A stretch of DNA of 64,000 nucleotides, from the NCBI RefSeq assembly GCF_001194135.2, contig NC_069002.1, positions 14,144,137 through 14,208,136 on the forward strand. The letters are read 5' to 3'. This stretch comes from Octopus bimaculoides. Taxonomy: Eukaryota. The translations under genes and the position numbers were made by a program. Positions 13,199 through 26,507 of the stretch are shown here, in pieces. The notes below the pieces were generated by a model. It was not told where the DNA came from and ran no database searches. It worked only from the letters and a program-made list of their open reading frames with translations. Numbering within the stretch: position 1 is the stretch's first letter; each line of letters begins with the position of its first letter.

Positions 13199-15232
13199 AA
13201 AGAATATGATGCACACATGCATCTACGAATGAGTTATGAAACGAGCGAAATACATTCTTTCTGGCGTTGCATGTTTGCCAACGAAAGAAGAAGGGAATCG
13301 TCAATACATGTGAAATATATTGTATCGATGCAGGACAACTACTGAACCGATAAATGATGAAAAAAAAAACAAAAAAAAACATCCACTGCAGTAAAGAAAG
13401 ATGTGATTATGCCGTCAGCAAGCGAATGATGACAACTACTGAACTGCTCCTAGGAAAGTGATGTACAGATCGACATCCAAAATGAAAGAAGATGTTTACG
13501 ATGTCAACATGTAAGGCCATATTAATCGCCAAATTGGCGAATGAAATTAGATATCAATGCACTTAGAAGCTTGACATTAATTAGAAAATTATTACGACTA
13601 TTATAATACTGTCATGAATTGAAAAGAAAAACCAAAGCATAACATTTATATAATAGTGTGATCGACTAAGGAAAACACAACCAATGAACTGGCAAATGAA
13701 ACAACGACAAACGTAAAAAATAAGCCATGCAATCGACTTACGTGCCATACACAACAGAATGAATCTACAGTGTATAAAAACGAACCCCCAAATAATGAAG
13801 AAACGGATTGACATTGATTTATAAATCAACCTTTTTTCTACATGTAAGTAAAAATTCCAATACAAATGAAATACATTTTACCTTATAAGTGCCGGAGACA
13901 GACTTACATGGCATTAAACAAGAAACAATAACAGCAGCAATATTATTTACCCCACCGCTAGATATTAAAGACATAGAAAGCAATACCAATAGGTCACTCA
14001 TAAAACTAATTAAAAACTTATGAAAAACTAGTTGAAAACCACTCTCAGCTCAGTTGATGGTCTCGATGCAGCAGCAGGAGCGAATGCTTGTCTTGTCCAT
14101 GCTGTCAAACAAGTGCCAAAGAGCAGCTTCCTACGTGTTTATGCAAAGTTAACTGACCGGTCGGTCTCTCATCTTCAATCGATGCCACAGACGCTTCAGA
14201 TAATGAGAGCTCTGTGTTGATATTTGAGGAGCTCAACATCCCATGGTTCTACTGGGGCATAACTAGACTGTCTCCTACGCAATACGTTGGACTCTCAACT
14301 GATGTCATTCTAAATCACGTATCAACTTCATCTGATCGGCGATGGAATTCATCAACCCACACAGATTGTAATTGATGGAGTTCTGGATCTTCTGAACGAA
14401 CTTTGCCCTTCTTACGATATTATACTGCAGTGGTTATTTCTTTCTTATGGTCACGGAAGTCTGCGACTTTTCCGGAAGCCTAACACGCACAACCTGATCA
14501 TATTGAACAAGCCGATGATTTTCAAGATCCTATCGCTTGTGATATGAACCACAAGCACAGAGTATGATCTCATTTCTTGCACCATATTGGGACCTGCCAT
14601 GTTGATGTGATCGTTATGTCTGAAAGAGAGAGAGCAGAAAATTAAAACTGGCCCAAGTACCCTAAAATTTTATTAAGTTCTCTCCTATTTATGAGCCGCT
14701 AAAATTTGCTTACAAATACCGTGAGCACCCAATATGTAACCGAATCCGCTTAATATATTTTTGTGTTACCATTTAAATAATTTATGGGACACACACACAA
14801 ACACTCGCACACACATGCACATGTCTGCTAAGCAATGAGTATCTCAGCTTTCGGTGCGCCATCATTAGCGCTATATGTATACATTAATGAAATTATAAAC
14901 TATTGTAGCCACTACAATAATTTGAGTATGTTGATAACAAAATGAAACCACATCCCTATCTATCTCACTAAGGCAATCGATGAGAAGGCAAACCTTTCAT
15001 TCTTTACAAATTCCACTGTCCATTCCACACTTTCTGGATATTTTTGTGCAATCCCGCTTTATTATTTTTGTTGTGACAGACGACTTCCAACGGATCAGTT
15101 GCAAGTACCTGATAAAAATGTGCAGCAGACACCTATGTGATATTCATAATGTTATGTAAGATGCATTTAATGTGCTTTTGAAACATCAGTAGTACTCGAC
15201 TACCTCTTTCATTCTTTGCATTTACTAATATC

Positions 15233-15280
<48 letters not shown>

Positions 15281-15312
15281 GAGCTATCTGTCTGTCTCTC
15301 TGTCTGCATATT

Positions 15313-15348
<36 letters not shown>

Positions 15349-15735
15349 TATAGGTACATATACATATATGTATATATATATATATGTGTGTGCATGTATG
15401 TATTTATGTATGCGTGTATGTTTGTATATGTATATATACATGTATATATAATTCCTTCGTTCTATTTTAATTCATGTAATTTATTTTATTTTCACCGCCG
15501 CCATTATTATCGTTCTTATATACCATATCACACAGGCAAAAAAATAATTTGATGAGGGTAGAATATACATACATACATAGATACATACATACATACATAC
15601 TTACATACATACATACATACATGCAAGCATGCATACATACATACATACATACATACATACGTATATATGTGCGTGTATATATGTATATATATATATATAT
15701 ATGTATATATATGTATATATTTATATGTATATTTA

Positions 15736-15788
<53 letters not shown>

Positions 15789-16091
15789 ATATATAGACAT
15801 ATATATGTAGATATATATATGTATATATATATATATTTTTTCCTTTCCTGAGCGTCCAATAACACTATCCATATCACGTCCTCACCTTGTTGCTTTTTTG
15901 TTATTGTTTTTTTGNNNNNNNNNNNNNNNNNNNNNNNNNNNNNNNNNNNNNNNNNNNNNNNNNNNNNNNNNNNNNNNNNNNNNNNNNNNNNNNNNNNNNN
16001 NNNNNNNNNNNNNNNNNNNNNNNNNNNNNNNNNNNNNNNNNNNNNNNNNNNNNNNNNNNNNNNNNNNNNNNNNNNNNNNNNNNNNNNNNNN

Positions 16092-16126
<35 letters not shown>

Positions 16127-16963
16127 GCATGTAGAGGTATAGGTATATATGTATGTGTGTGCCTATGCGTATATATACATACATAATGCGTACATAAATC
16201 ATCGATTGAATAGACAGAAAAAAGATGAGTCTAAATGCCCGGAGAACCCAAACTTACGTAATATAATCCTAAAGTCACGCCCACTAGTTCAGTTGGTTTA
16301 TCTGTATTTACGCAGTGTCTATATTTAGACATATTACTCATTCGTTTCCTTATGTTACATAACGGCAGTGTAAGGACTGATTGTCAGTTCATTTATCTGC
16401 TGTTATGTAATGCATGGGCCGCCAAGGAAGATGTTAGGCTTTCAACAGTTAGGCATGGCTGTGTAGTTCCAAATATTTCACTTCGCAACTGGGTTCGATC
16501 CAAGTACACTATACCCTATTTTTGGAAATTTTATTTACTAAAGCGACGGTTTAACCAGTTCCTTTGTTAGTGGAATTTCATACATGGAATGTGTATGCAT
16601 GTTAGGTGAGGACTGGTACATTCGAGCAGAGATACACTGCACTATTCAATTCCTATTGATTTCTCTACCCTTACGTCAATGCAGACTTTACGCTTCGTAT
16701 TATATGAAAACCCTAAAATGAATACCAAATAATCTCCTGGGCGTCAACAATACACTTGAAGGGTGTGTCCTAGCATGACCACATGCAATGACTGTCCACA
16801 TGCAATGACTTAAAAATAATATGAAAAATGATACGCGGTTCGGGTCGTACGAATATACCGGATTCTATTTTTCTGTTTCAAACTGTATTTTATTTATTAA
16901 ATGTTTAATACTTTTACATTGGCAATGTTACCCATTATGTCACAGCTATCATTATTGTTATTA

Positions 16964-17141
16964 TTTAGCATTTTCTTGTAGCTCTTTACACTCTGAGTTC
17001 AAATTCCGCTGAGGGGGATTTTTACCTCTCATCCCATTGAGGTCGATAAAATCGGTAACACTTGAGCACTGAGGTCGTAATCGACTTACCCACTACCCTA
17101 AAATTGCTGCCGATGTGTTAAAATTTGAAACAATTATTATT
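16964..17141 (+). mobile_element. SINE family E
   Basis: CTGAGTTCAAATTCCGCTGAG...GTCGATAAAAT...GCACTGAGGTCG...ATCGACTTACCC...AAATTTGAAACAATTATTATT. About 9 copies in the window. Confidence 0.85.
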
Positions 17142-17317
17142 CCATGCGTTGAGCAATTTCTTCCTGTGTGTTACAAATTATTTCAAACTAGCCATTCTTT
17201 GCCGTAACTCCTGATAATATCTTAGTTTTGCTGCCGTCACATATGACGTATCTTGGGTAGTTAAATCTAATGGAGTTGCTTCATTTCCTGATCTGGCCAA
17301 AGAATGAGAAAGAAAAC

Positions 17318-17465
17318 AGTCACCCCAGTACTGGATTACTCTTTATTTATCGACTCAGAAAGAATAAATATTGATCTGGACGGAATTTGATCACGGAAAG
17401 TAAATAACTGGAACAATTATCGTAAAGTAGTGTCCTCAGCGTTTTACCAAATCCGCTAATTCGTT
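17318..17465 (-). mobile_element. SINE family E, degenerate
   Basis: CCCCAGTACT...TTTATCGAC...CGGAATTTGA is the reverse complement of the family E core. Confidence 0.6.
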
Positions 17466-17722
17466 CCGCAATTCGAAGATTACGTGTGGTTGTAATTAAT
17501 AATAACAACAGTTAATATTTTGATAAGATGCACGGGATGCAAAATCGAAGTGAGAGGCTCTATTACATTGTTGATTTGATTGCTAGAAATATCAACCAAA
17601 ATCCCCTTGAAATCTCGGACTTCCGTCGTAAAAACAGAAGAATGTATTGTTTATCATGGTCATAGATTCTATATGTGTGAAAAAAGAAAACAGGTTTGGA
17701 TGATTGCTACTTTTAATTCTAG

Positions 17723-17888
17723 GGTTTCTCAATAAGGAATCAGATGGTCTACACGAACCAAACTCCGCCAAGAAGAAGAACAATTGCAACAACACAAGCT
17801 CTAAACAACATTAAAAATATCATCGATAGTAAAAAAACAACAACAAGAAATAAAATAGAAAGTAAATATAACGAAATTAACGTACTAG
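17723..17888 (+). other. Candidate coding exon, product unknown
   Basis: TTTTAATTCTAG|...|GTAAGA. 166 nt open in one frame (GFSIRNQMVYTNQTPPRRRTIATTQALNNIKNIIDSKKTTTRNKIESKYNEINVL). No family recognised. Confidence 0.25.
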
Positions 17889-18857
17889 GTAAGAATTGAA
17901 ACTGTGTGTCCGATTTGACAGAAATGTTTACTACTTCAATTTGTTTTGATTGTTAAAATTCACAGTTTATATCTTGAAAACTTAATCCAATATAAACTGG
18001 TATATTGCGGATTTAAAGTTCCAAGAATTCTCAGAAAACGTTGACAGGTTTATATAAGTGGTCGTTTCCCAGATCTTCGTCTCGGTTATTTTCCGTCCTT
18101 TTTATGGTATTTGTGACACAATTGGCAGCTGAATCCAACAACGACAGGCTTAAATTCATTGTAGTTCCAGAGGTTGAATGGAATCAACGAAAAAGAAGAC
18201 TAACTTCTCTGAAGACATCTTGCGCTGTCATTTATATTAAAGTAGGGTATTATCAAAATCAAAAGAGAAGCAGGTTGAATTTGTGAAGTTAGGTAAGAAT
18301 TTAAATAACTGACGATAATAGATTAAATATTGCCTCTTTTCGTTTATTGGTTTGCAATAACAACGACACCTGCCGGTGTGGAAAGAACTGAATGGAGAGA
18401 ATATGGTGTCTCGGCAGCAGTTTAAGAGTTTCGAGTTCAAATCTAATAGAAAGATTTACAGTGGGTTTGTTTCTTTTCTTTTTTTTTTATGTTAGAAGTA
18501 GAATTTGCTGTTTATTCCCAGACGAGCTGTGATTGGGGCGGGGGAAGAAATCTATGATTAGCGGTGTTTCAACCGTTACCATTCTTTTTTCCATATCTTT
18601 GCTGTCATTTTGTATAACAAAGTTTACATTGCCTAATTTCAAGGCAAAATGATGGAGTTTTAGTGGGATTTCATTGTTATTATTTGCAAGTTCAACAATA
18701 ACGTAGACCTTCGCCTCCGCTTGGCTCGACAGCAAGTTAGGGAGAAAGAGAGAGAGAAAGAGAGAGACAGGAAAGAGAAGATGAAAGAGGAAAAAGAGGG
18801 AGAGAAGGAACGAGATGGGGAGAGAGCCAGAGAAAGAAAGTGAATGAGAGAGATTGA

Positions 18858-18931
<74 letters not shown>

Positions 18932-21900
18932 AGGAGACAAAAAGTTGTTCCTTGTCTTGCCTCGAAAAATTCGATGAAAGATTCTTACATAACCGAAATA
19001 ATGTCATCGGAATGAATTTAAGACGTGGCAATCAATGGTAAACTCTGGAATCGATGGAAAATCAACAATATTGACCAATATGAGATCATTAGGAGAAGTT
19101 AAAAAGAGATTTCGATTACATCATGTGTCTATGGAAATGTTCTATTAAACTGGAATCGAAGCAAATCTTACGCCCCCTCCACCTCACATTTATTTCTGCT
19201 GAATCTCAATGGTCAGCTTTTAAAAACTTTGTAATTTTGGTAAGGAAATCCATCATCGACATTGGTTCACTATCGCATAACTTCGAAGGAACAATCTACA
19301 GATACATACACATGCACACACGCACATACATGCAAATACACTCACACATATACATATTCGCACATAATTCAGATACACACTCGCGCACACCTGCAGAAAC
19401 ACACACGTATATATACGCAAATATATATGCAAATACACACGCTTAATATAGATACACACGTACATACACTTATGTAAAAACACAAACGCACATACACACA
19501 CTCACACACATATTAACCTTTACCAACGTCAAACAATTCTCCCAGTAGCCATTGTTATTGATCACAGAACATGTACATGGACTTGGGTCGAAGATGAAGA
19601 TTTTGGCAGCTTTCTTTTACTTAATCATGCATAAAATAATACACATGTGAAATAATCTAAGTTTTAGGACGCTGTAGTCATTGACGATCCGGTTGATGTA
19701 AGAAGCATCGTGTAGTTGAAATATCATCGATAAACTGAAGGCTGGACAAGAGATTTCACTAGAATATGGCGGAAATGTTACTCTCTAAACTAATGTTAAA
19801 TCGTTGAAGAAGAAAAAGAAAACGATAAAATAAATAAATAAATAAATAAATAACATCATTTTCAAGACGTGTTGCTCAGAACACACCCAAACATTTTTTT
19901 TATGATTCCATTCAAAATAATTGCCACTCAAAACTTCCTGTCAAGTGCAGAAAGTCTATTTAAAGAATAATAAAAGCAACTAAATTTGTAGCTAAATTAT
20001 TATTATCATTATAATTGTTGTTGCTATTATTATTATTATTATTATTATTGTTATTATTATTATTATTATCATTAACATTATTATTATTAATATTATTAAT
20101 ATATTTCACAATGTATCTTGGAATAAGCTGATATTTTCGAAGTGGTTGTGTAAGAGACTTGGATTCATCAATTTTGTTCTTAATGAAAAAAGCGATTCGT
20201 TTGGAATATTCTATTGGCAAGAAAATTCTGGAATAGTTCAATAGTTATCCTGTTTACATTGGAGGAGTGGTGATGGTGGTGATGTTGGTCGTCGTCGCTG
20301 TGGATGTGGAGATATGTGGTCTGTTTTTGAACAGTTTATATATTAGATTTTAGTAAAATGTTGCTCAATCGTATTTTCGCATGACTTTGTATACTGAGCG
20401 AGTGTTGAGAGATGTTATTAGCGAGAATGGAGGAGTCAGTGAAATACATTTCATTGATAGAAAGCCTAGCTGTGAGGGGAAATATAAGAATATAAATGCA
20501 TTCTTTCTATGCACTTTATGTCCTGATGGATTACTTCACGGATTTTGCAGTTTGTCATTTATAAAAATATTTATAATTGATATAAATTTATTTCTTAAAA
20601 AACAAAAATAAAAAAAATGAAAATCAACAAATTGAAGTAGCTGACATCGCAAAGGACAAAATATTCGTGTACGAAAAACTAAATGTTGTTCCTAAAGTTA
20701 ATATATATAGTGACAGTTTTGCTGAAATAGCTATCCAAATTCGATATAGACAGAATCCAAGCAAAAAAGTGAGAGCCCGCATCTTTGCCTTTGGAATAAA
20801 TGGTGGTACATACTTCATACAATAAACTTATGGGGGTTCCTTGTGCCCTGGAAATAACAACCAGAGTAGCCTAGGCTGACGTGTGAAGTAATTTCTCCTC
20901 TTGAAGGGGCCAGCATGCATGGTCAAGTCTTAATGAGTCCTGAAAAGCAGAGAAACAATTTCTGTATCATATGGTTGTGCAGGACAGGATACCCAGCTGC
21001 TACACGCGTGAAAGTAAGAGATTTGTGGGTTATTTTCTTGGAATTGGTCGTAATTTGGAGAAGCAGGGATGTAAAGAGAACCACAACAACGACATCAACC
21101 GGGCACAGAAGTCGCTGCTGTCAAGAAGCTGCAAGTAATGTCTCTGGAAATGACATTAGTGATCGCGTTCTGCTTAAGCTTACGAGACGATGAAAAGGAA
21201 AGCGACTATAAACCAACGGAATTCGTAGGTAAGAAGGCTTGCACTCCACCTCAGTTCCAGTAGTAGCATCTTATTGTTCTGCTGCTACATTTGTCCTTGT
21301 TAGAATCACCCCAGTCTCTTGCTTTGAAGAACTAGTAAGACTAGGAAAAGACAAAAAAAAAAAATAATATTAATGGAAAAACGAAAGTAATGATGACCAA
21401 CTGTGACCAGAAAAAGAGCAACAATCCTAAGTTTCAAGGTCTTCATCATCCCAAACTCTGAGAATGGTAAGAAAAAATAATTCATGACATGTATTAGAAG
21501 CAAATGAGCAAATTCCTCATTCCCTAACAGTAGCAACCAGAGGTTCCACCATTCCAACGTTGTATCACGAGAAAGAGAGGAAAACATAGAAATTGTCAAA
21601 AGAAACACTAAGGAAAGAAGAAAAGATCTAACAACAAAGAAAAGCCATCACGAAAGGGAGACAGGAGACGAGGAAGAATTTTATAGCCTTTTCTCAGGAA
21701 AATAATGAAGTAAATGGAGAGGACAAAGGACAAAGAATCACTGTCCTTAGAAATTCAGACAATTAATGACTTTTCTGAGGTGTCAAGGATTTACCAAAAT
21801 AAAGACCACAGAAAAGTAGTTATATTTAGAATAATGGCAACAGGTAGAAGATAAGTCGTTGGTAAAAAACAAACAAAAACATAATAAGTGATTAAAGTAA

Positions 21901-22341
21901 TCTTATTCTGAAAATGCTTAGGTTTTTCAATTACATCTAGATTAAGAATCACTAACTAGTATCTTAGGTGACCAAGCAGGCAACTCAAAGATTGGTTCGC
22001 GAACACAGACGTCGAGTCCGCTAACCTGATGTAAGCCAAAACTGTTTTATGTTTTATTTCCTTTTAATTATAGCCTTTTCCCATTATAGTGTTTTGCATT
22101 GTACGTTTTAAAAGCTTGTTTCTGCGTAAATTTTCTTTTACCAAAGCCACAAACCCTCCATTAGTCTTCTGTATAATAGCGTTCCACCTCTTCCTTCGTC
22201 ATTGTGTAAATTGTACATCACATCCCACACATTCTCTGTAAATCATCCTCTCTAATAAACGTTTCCGAATTTCCTTGGATCCCTTCGAACCGTTGTGGCT
22301 AATAAATAAAGCATTATTATTATTATTCCTATTATTATTAC

Positions 22342-22413
<72 letters not shown>

Positions 22414-22418
22414 GATTT

Positions 22419-22570
22419 TTGAGCCGGTGAGCAGGTAGAATCTTTACAGCAGCATTTTGTGCGTCTTTTTTTTTTCTGAGTTCCAATCTCGCTGAGGTGA
22501 ACTTTGCTTTCCGGCCTTTCGGGAGTCGATGAAAATAAAACAGCAGTTAAGTATTGCAGTTTATGGTACC
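22419..22570 (+). mobile_element. SINE family E
   Basis: CTGAGTTCCAATCTCGCTGAGGTGAACTTTGC...TTTCGGGAGTCGAT, directly after an (ATT)n array. Confidence 0.7.
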
Positions 22571-23082
22571 GACTAACTGTTTGTCCTTAAAATTATTGGC
22601 TTTCTTTCAAAATTAGAAGTTATTATTATCATTATTATGGAGTGACGGTTCACTGGAGAAGGCAAATACTATTACTAAAGTCAAAGAGATTAAAATTTCG
22701 TGTTGATATTTTTATTTTGAAAGTTACCGAATCTAATTTTCTGATTCGATCTTATCTGATGAGTAGCGCAACATTAGTTATTTCACATGCTACTCAAATT
22801 TGTGAATTTTCCATGTCAAACAAATTCTGGTTGGCGGTATTTACATAACACAGAGAGTTGCAACAAGCCTCAGGTTTACACAAATACCAAACTTCTCCCA
22901 TTGGCAATCTGTGTTATCTGCATATTAGGAGAAGCGATACATAGACAAATTGTATTCTTGTTAAACATCTTGTTGTCAGAGTTTATATAAGTTTGTATTT
23001 ATGAGTGAATTCCAACTCTGAGGCATATAGAATCAGTATTTTGCATGGTTATATACATACATACATACATACATACATACAT

Positions 23083-23134
<52 letters not shown>

Positions 23135-23349
23135 CAAAATAAGCAACACGGATACATTAATATTTTGTATGTAGGTGGATATGTGTGTGTGTATTATTTA
23201 GTGCCACAGATGCTCGAATATACAGACCGCCCAAAATAAAAGGAAGAGACAAGCACAAAATATTTTGTTCCAGCGTGATTGCTTTGTAACTTTGACCAAA
23301 TTTCTTAACTTTTAAATGGTTTCTCCCTTAGCAATATAAGAGAGCATTA

Positions 23350-23500
23350 AATTGGTTTCAACGTTTGTCACAGGGCCAGTTATTTTGAGGGAGAGGAAAG
23401 TCAATGACATGGACCCCAGTGTTGAACTGTTACTTATTTTATCGACCCCGAAAAGATGAAAAGCAAAGTGAACCTCGGCGGGATTTGAACTCAGCATTTT
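23350..23500 (-). mobile_element. SINE family E
   Basis: TTATCGACCCCGAAAAGATGAAAAGCAAAGTGAACCTCGGCGGGATTTGAACTCAG is the reverse complement of the E core. Confidence 0.9.
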
Positions 23501-23650
23501 GACTCGGAAGAAAGGCTCATTGAATTAATGTAACACATCAAATTCGGCTCTTTGATGTCGATCTCTTTTTGCTTACTTTCCATCTCTCGAAACATTATCA
23601 AATATGTATTAAACAGTTAAAAATGCAACCTGGGGTATTCTTATGTTTAG

Positions 23651-24442
23651 AATACACACAGACGCCTCAGCAACAGAGGATGAAGATGTGGAGGTGCCTG
23701 GAGAGACGTCATTCTTTTCACCTATACTTCACTTTTCGTGCGATGAATCTACGGAACTGGTGGTAATTCCTTTTCACAGATCCGCCTGATACCACAGTCG
23801 TGGTTTGTTTGTGGTTTGTTAGAGTTTGCTCTGGTTTCAGAATCAATAAGAGAGCGGGGCATCAAACAACTAGTTCACTCTTTTGTCTCTGATTCCCGAG
23901 GTTAGTAACAAACTGCTAATCCAGGAGAGTCATACAAAATCAACTCGAATGTAGGATCGGAGGGCGTGGATGACCGAGTTTGATAATAAAAGGCTAACAC
24001 CACAGAGATTGTAAAAGAGCTTGAGGCAAAAAGGAAATTAAAATATCTGGAGTACTTTTGCTGAAATTCTTATTACACTTGCTGAACTCCAAAGATGATC
24101 TTGGCTAGAGTCATAGCCAGAGTATTCAAAGAAAAGGTGAAATAAACATTGGAGGTACTTTACCCTTTACAGAAACTGCATGAGTTACTCCCAGGTATTG
24201 GAAGCTCTCCTTCTGAATCTATCGAAATGTCAGAAATCCTTCTCTATTATCAGAAAGTATCTCAGATTCACAAGCGTTCCGCTCTTATCCTGCATGCCTT
24301 GTCTGGGTTGGTCAATGAGAACGGAATTACTCGTCGTCTGCAGAAGGTTTCCACATGCCTGAGGCCCTTTGTTAACCGAAGTGACCTTAAGTTTGTTTCA
24401 GCTGAAACGCAAACCTCCTTAGTGGCTTTCTTCAGTTACTAG
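23651..24442 (+). pseudogene. Unidentified coding-like island with stops and frameshifts
   Basis: Consecutive open stretches (IHTDASATEDEDVEVPGETSFFSPILHFSCDESTELV; IRLIPQSWFVCGLLEFALVSESIRERGIKQLVHSFVSDSR; the 97-codon ORF 24149-24442) with higher complexity than the flanks. No family recognised. Confidence 0.3.
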
Positions 24443-24889
24443 TGGTCCAGACGTATCTCTTTTGCAGGAAATAGTGCACCGATATAGCTGGGAGGGGGCA
24501 ATACGTCGATAACAAACACACGTACTGATGTTATTTCACCTCTTTTCTTTTATGATGCGAAGCCGTCGAGTGCATATTCTGATGGCAAGAGCTTAGAATA
24601 TTTCACTTTCATATTTGGTCTGTAAGTGCAAAGAAAATACAAAAGACGTAATACGTGATTTAAAAGTTTAAAATAGTTGTATGCATTTAAACTGCGTTCA
24701 CAACTATGGCCACTGTCCTTTTTCTGATTAACCTATTCAAAACAATCGACAGCGTCTTCCATCCTCTCGAGGTCCACGAAATACATTAGCGCTTAGTCAT
24801 GCAATGGTTGAGATATAATGAAGAATACCTTTGAATGCGCTGCTTCATCAAAAAGACAACGATCAAGTATAGAGTTTCTATGTGTCTGA

Positions 24890-25070
24890 TCGACCTGCTA
24901 GACATAGCAGTCAAATCCTTTCAAATTAGATCATACAATCTTAAAAGTAGGCACGCTGGATGCAGTGTTCCACAGGGCATTATATATGAAAAAAATTCGG
25001 GATGGTCTTGTCTGGAAAAATCTTTAATGATAGTATACATTTGTCAGAACCAGCCTTGGGCTAAGCAATT
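24890..25070 (+). mobile_element. Repeat family G copy
   Basis: GACCTGCTAGACATAGCAGTCAAATC...GGGATGGTC...CCTTGGGCTAAGCAA. Confidence 0.6.
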
Positions 25071-25491
25071 ACAATATCAACAAGAATAACAATAACGAAG
25101 AATAGTTAAAAACATTTGTTGGAAAAAAGATTAGAAACGAACGTGAACAACAACGAACGCCATTTTTCACTATTGAAGTTTCACATGTCAATTAAGTGTC
25201 TTTAGAATTCATGGCGCATTTCCCCTTTGATGCTAATTAGTTTAAAACTAAATGAGTAAACATTTGATTACCTCGGGTGATTTGTTGTCGGTGTCATCAT
25301 CACAATCATCATCATCATTATCCTCACCATCATCATCATCGTCGACTTAGTCGTCATCTTGAAATATTCTAAAGTGATGGAAGTATTACACTTTGTGGTG
25401 CATTACCAGAATATGAGGATTATTTGGAATTTTCTATAAAGACATACACCCCAATCACACACCCATACAAACATGTACATACCTGCTTATG

Positions 25492-25540
<49 letters not shown>

Positions 25541-26169
25541 GAGAATTTTTTAAGTGAGCTTCTTCTAGCATTTTGACAGACCGGTCACTGGTCAATCTTA
25601 TATACACAAGTACTATAATCTCTTTAGGATCTCGAAAAATTTTTTCAAGAACCTTCTGATTCTTTTAATGTGCTAGTTTCCTGGTATTAAATTGATATTA
25701 ATTAATATCGAATTTTTACCATATTATGTTAATTATCTAATAGATAGATAGATAGATAGATAAGGAAAATAAGACAAGTTAGAAAATGCTAAAATNNNNN
25801 NNNNNNNNNNNNNNNNNNNNNNNNNNNNNNNNNNNNNNNNNNNNNNNNNNNNNNNNNNNNNNNNNNNNNNNNNNNNNNNNNNNNNNNNNNNNNNNNNNNN
25901 NNNNNNNNNNNNNNNNNNNNNNNNNNNNNNNNNNNNNNNNNNNNNNNNNNNNNNNNNNNNNNNNNNNNNNNNNNNNNNNNNNNNNGTGAGCAGCAGGTAG
26001 CAGTAGTCCTAATATTTGATATGAATTCTTGTTTCTGATTGTTTAAGCAGCAGTAGTAGTTGAGAAAGGAGGCGGTGGAGAAGAAGAAGAAGAAGAAGAA
26101 GAAGAAGAAGAAGAAGAAGAAGAAGAAGAAGAAGAAGAAGAAGAAGAAGAAGAAGGAAAATGCGGGAGT

Positions 26170-26470
26170 GGTATGATAGTGGTATGATGTTGGTGCAATC
26201 CTCTTAAATGGTCAAGTGACCTAAAAGTGACCTGTTGTGGTTGTAATAATAGTGATTGGAATTGTTCCGAATAAATTCTTGGGTAGTGACTGTTATGAAT
26301 ATATCGTTTTTACTATTTGCGTGGACATTAATCTAAGGCCCTTGTAATAGTGTCATTTGTGGTGGACGCATTCAAAAGGGGTTTATATTTTGTGATAAAG
26401 TATGACTCTTTACTAATGCGTTGACTAAAGGTTTCATCGTGTCTGAATTGACAGAAGGGAAAAGGTATGA
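26170..26470 (-). mobile_element. Penelope-like element 3' end (GIY-YIG C-terminus plus 3' UTR)
   Basis: 26453 to 26328 reads CQFRHDETFSQRISKESYFITKYKPLLNASTTNDTITRALD*, matching the RxxKExxFIxxxxPxLN terminus of PLE endonucleases. Confidence 0.7.
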
Positions 26471-26507
26471 AGCTGGGTTGTTTGTTATTGGCGCAAATTG
26501 ACAGATT

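Noticed and set aside
13470-13565. ShK-like CTDRHPK*KKMFTMSTCK
   Set aside because: It needs a stop read as Cys, and the remaining Cys spacing does not fit.
22756-22800. CTGATGA followed by a GTAGC/GCTAC stem
   Set aside because: No GAAA after the stem and no stem I or III; it is only a hairpin.
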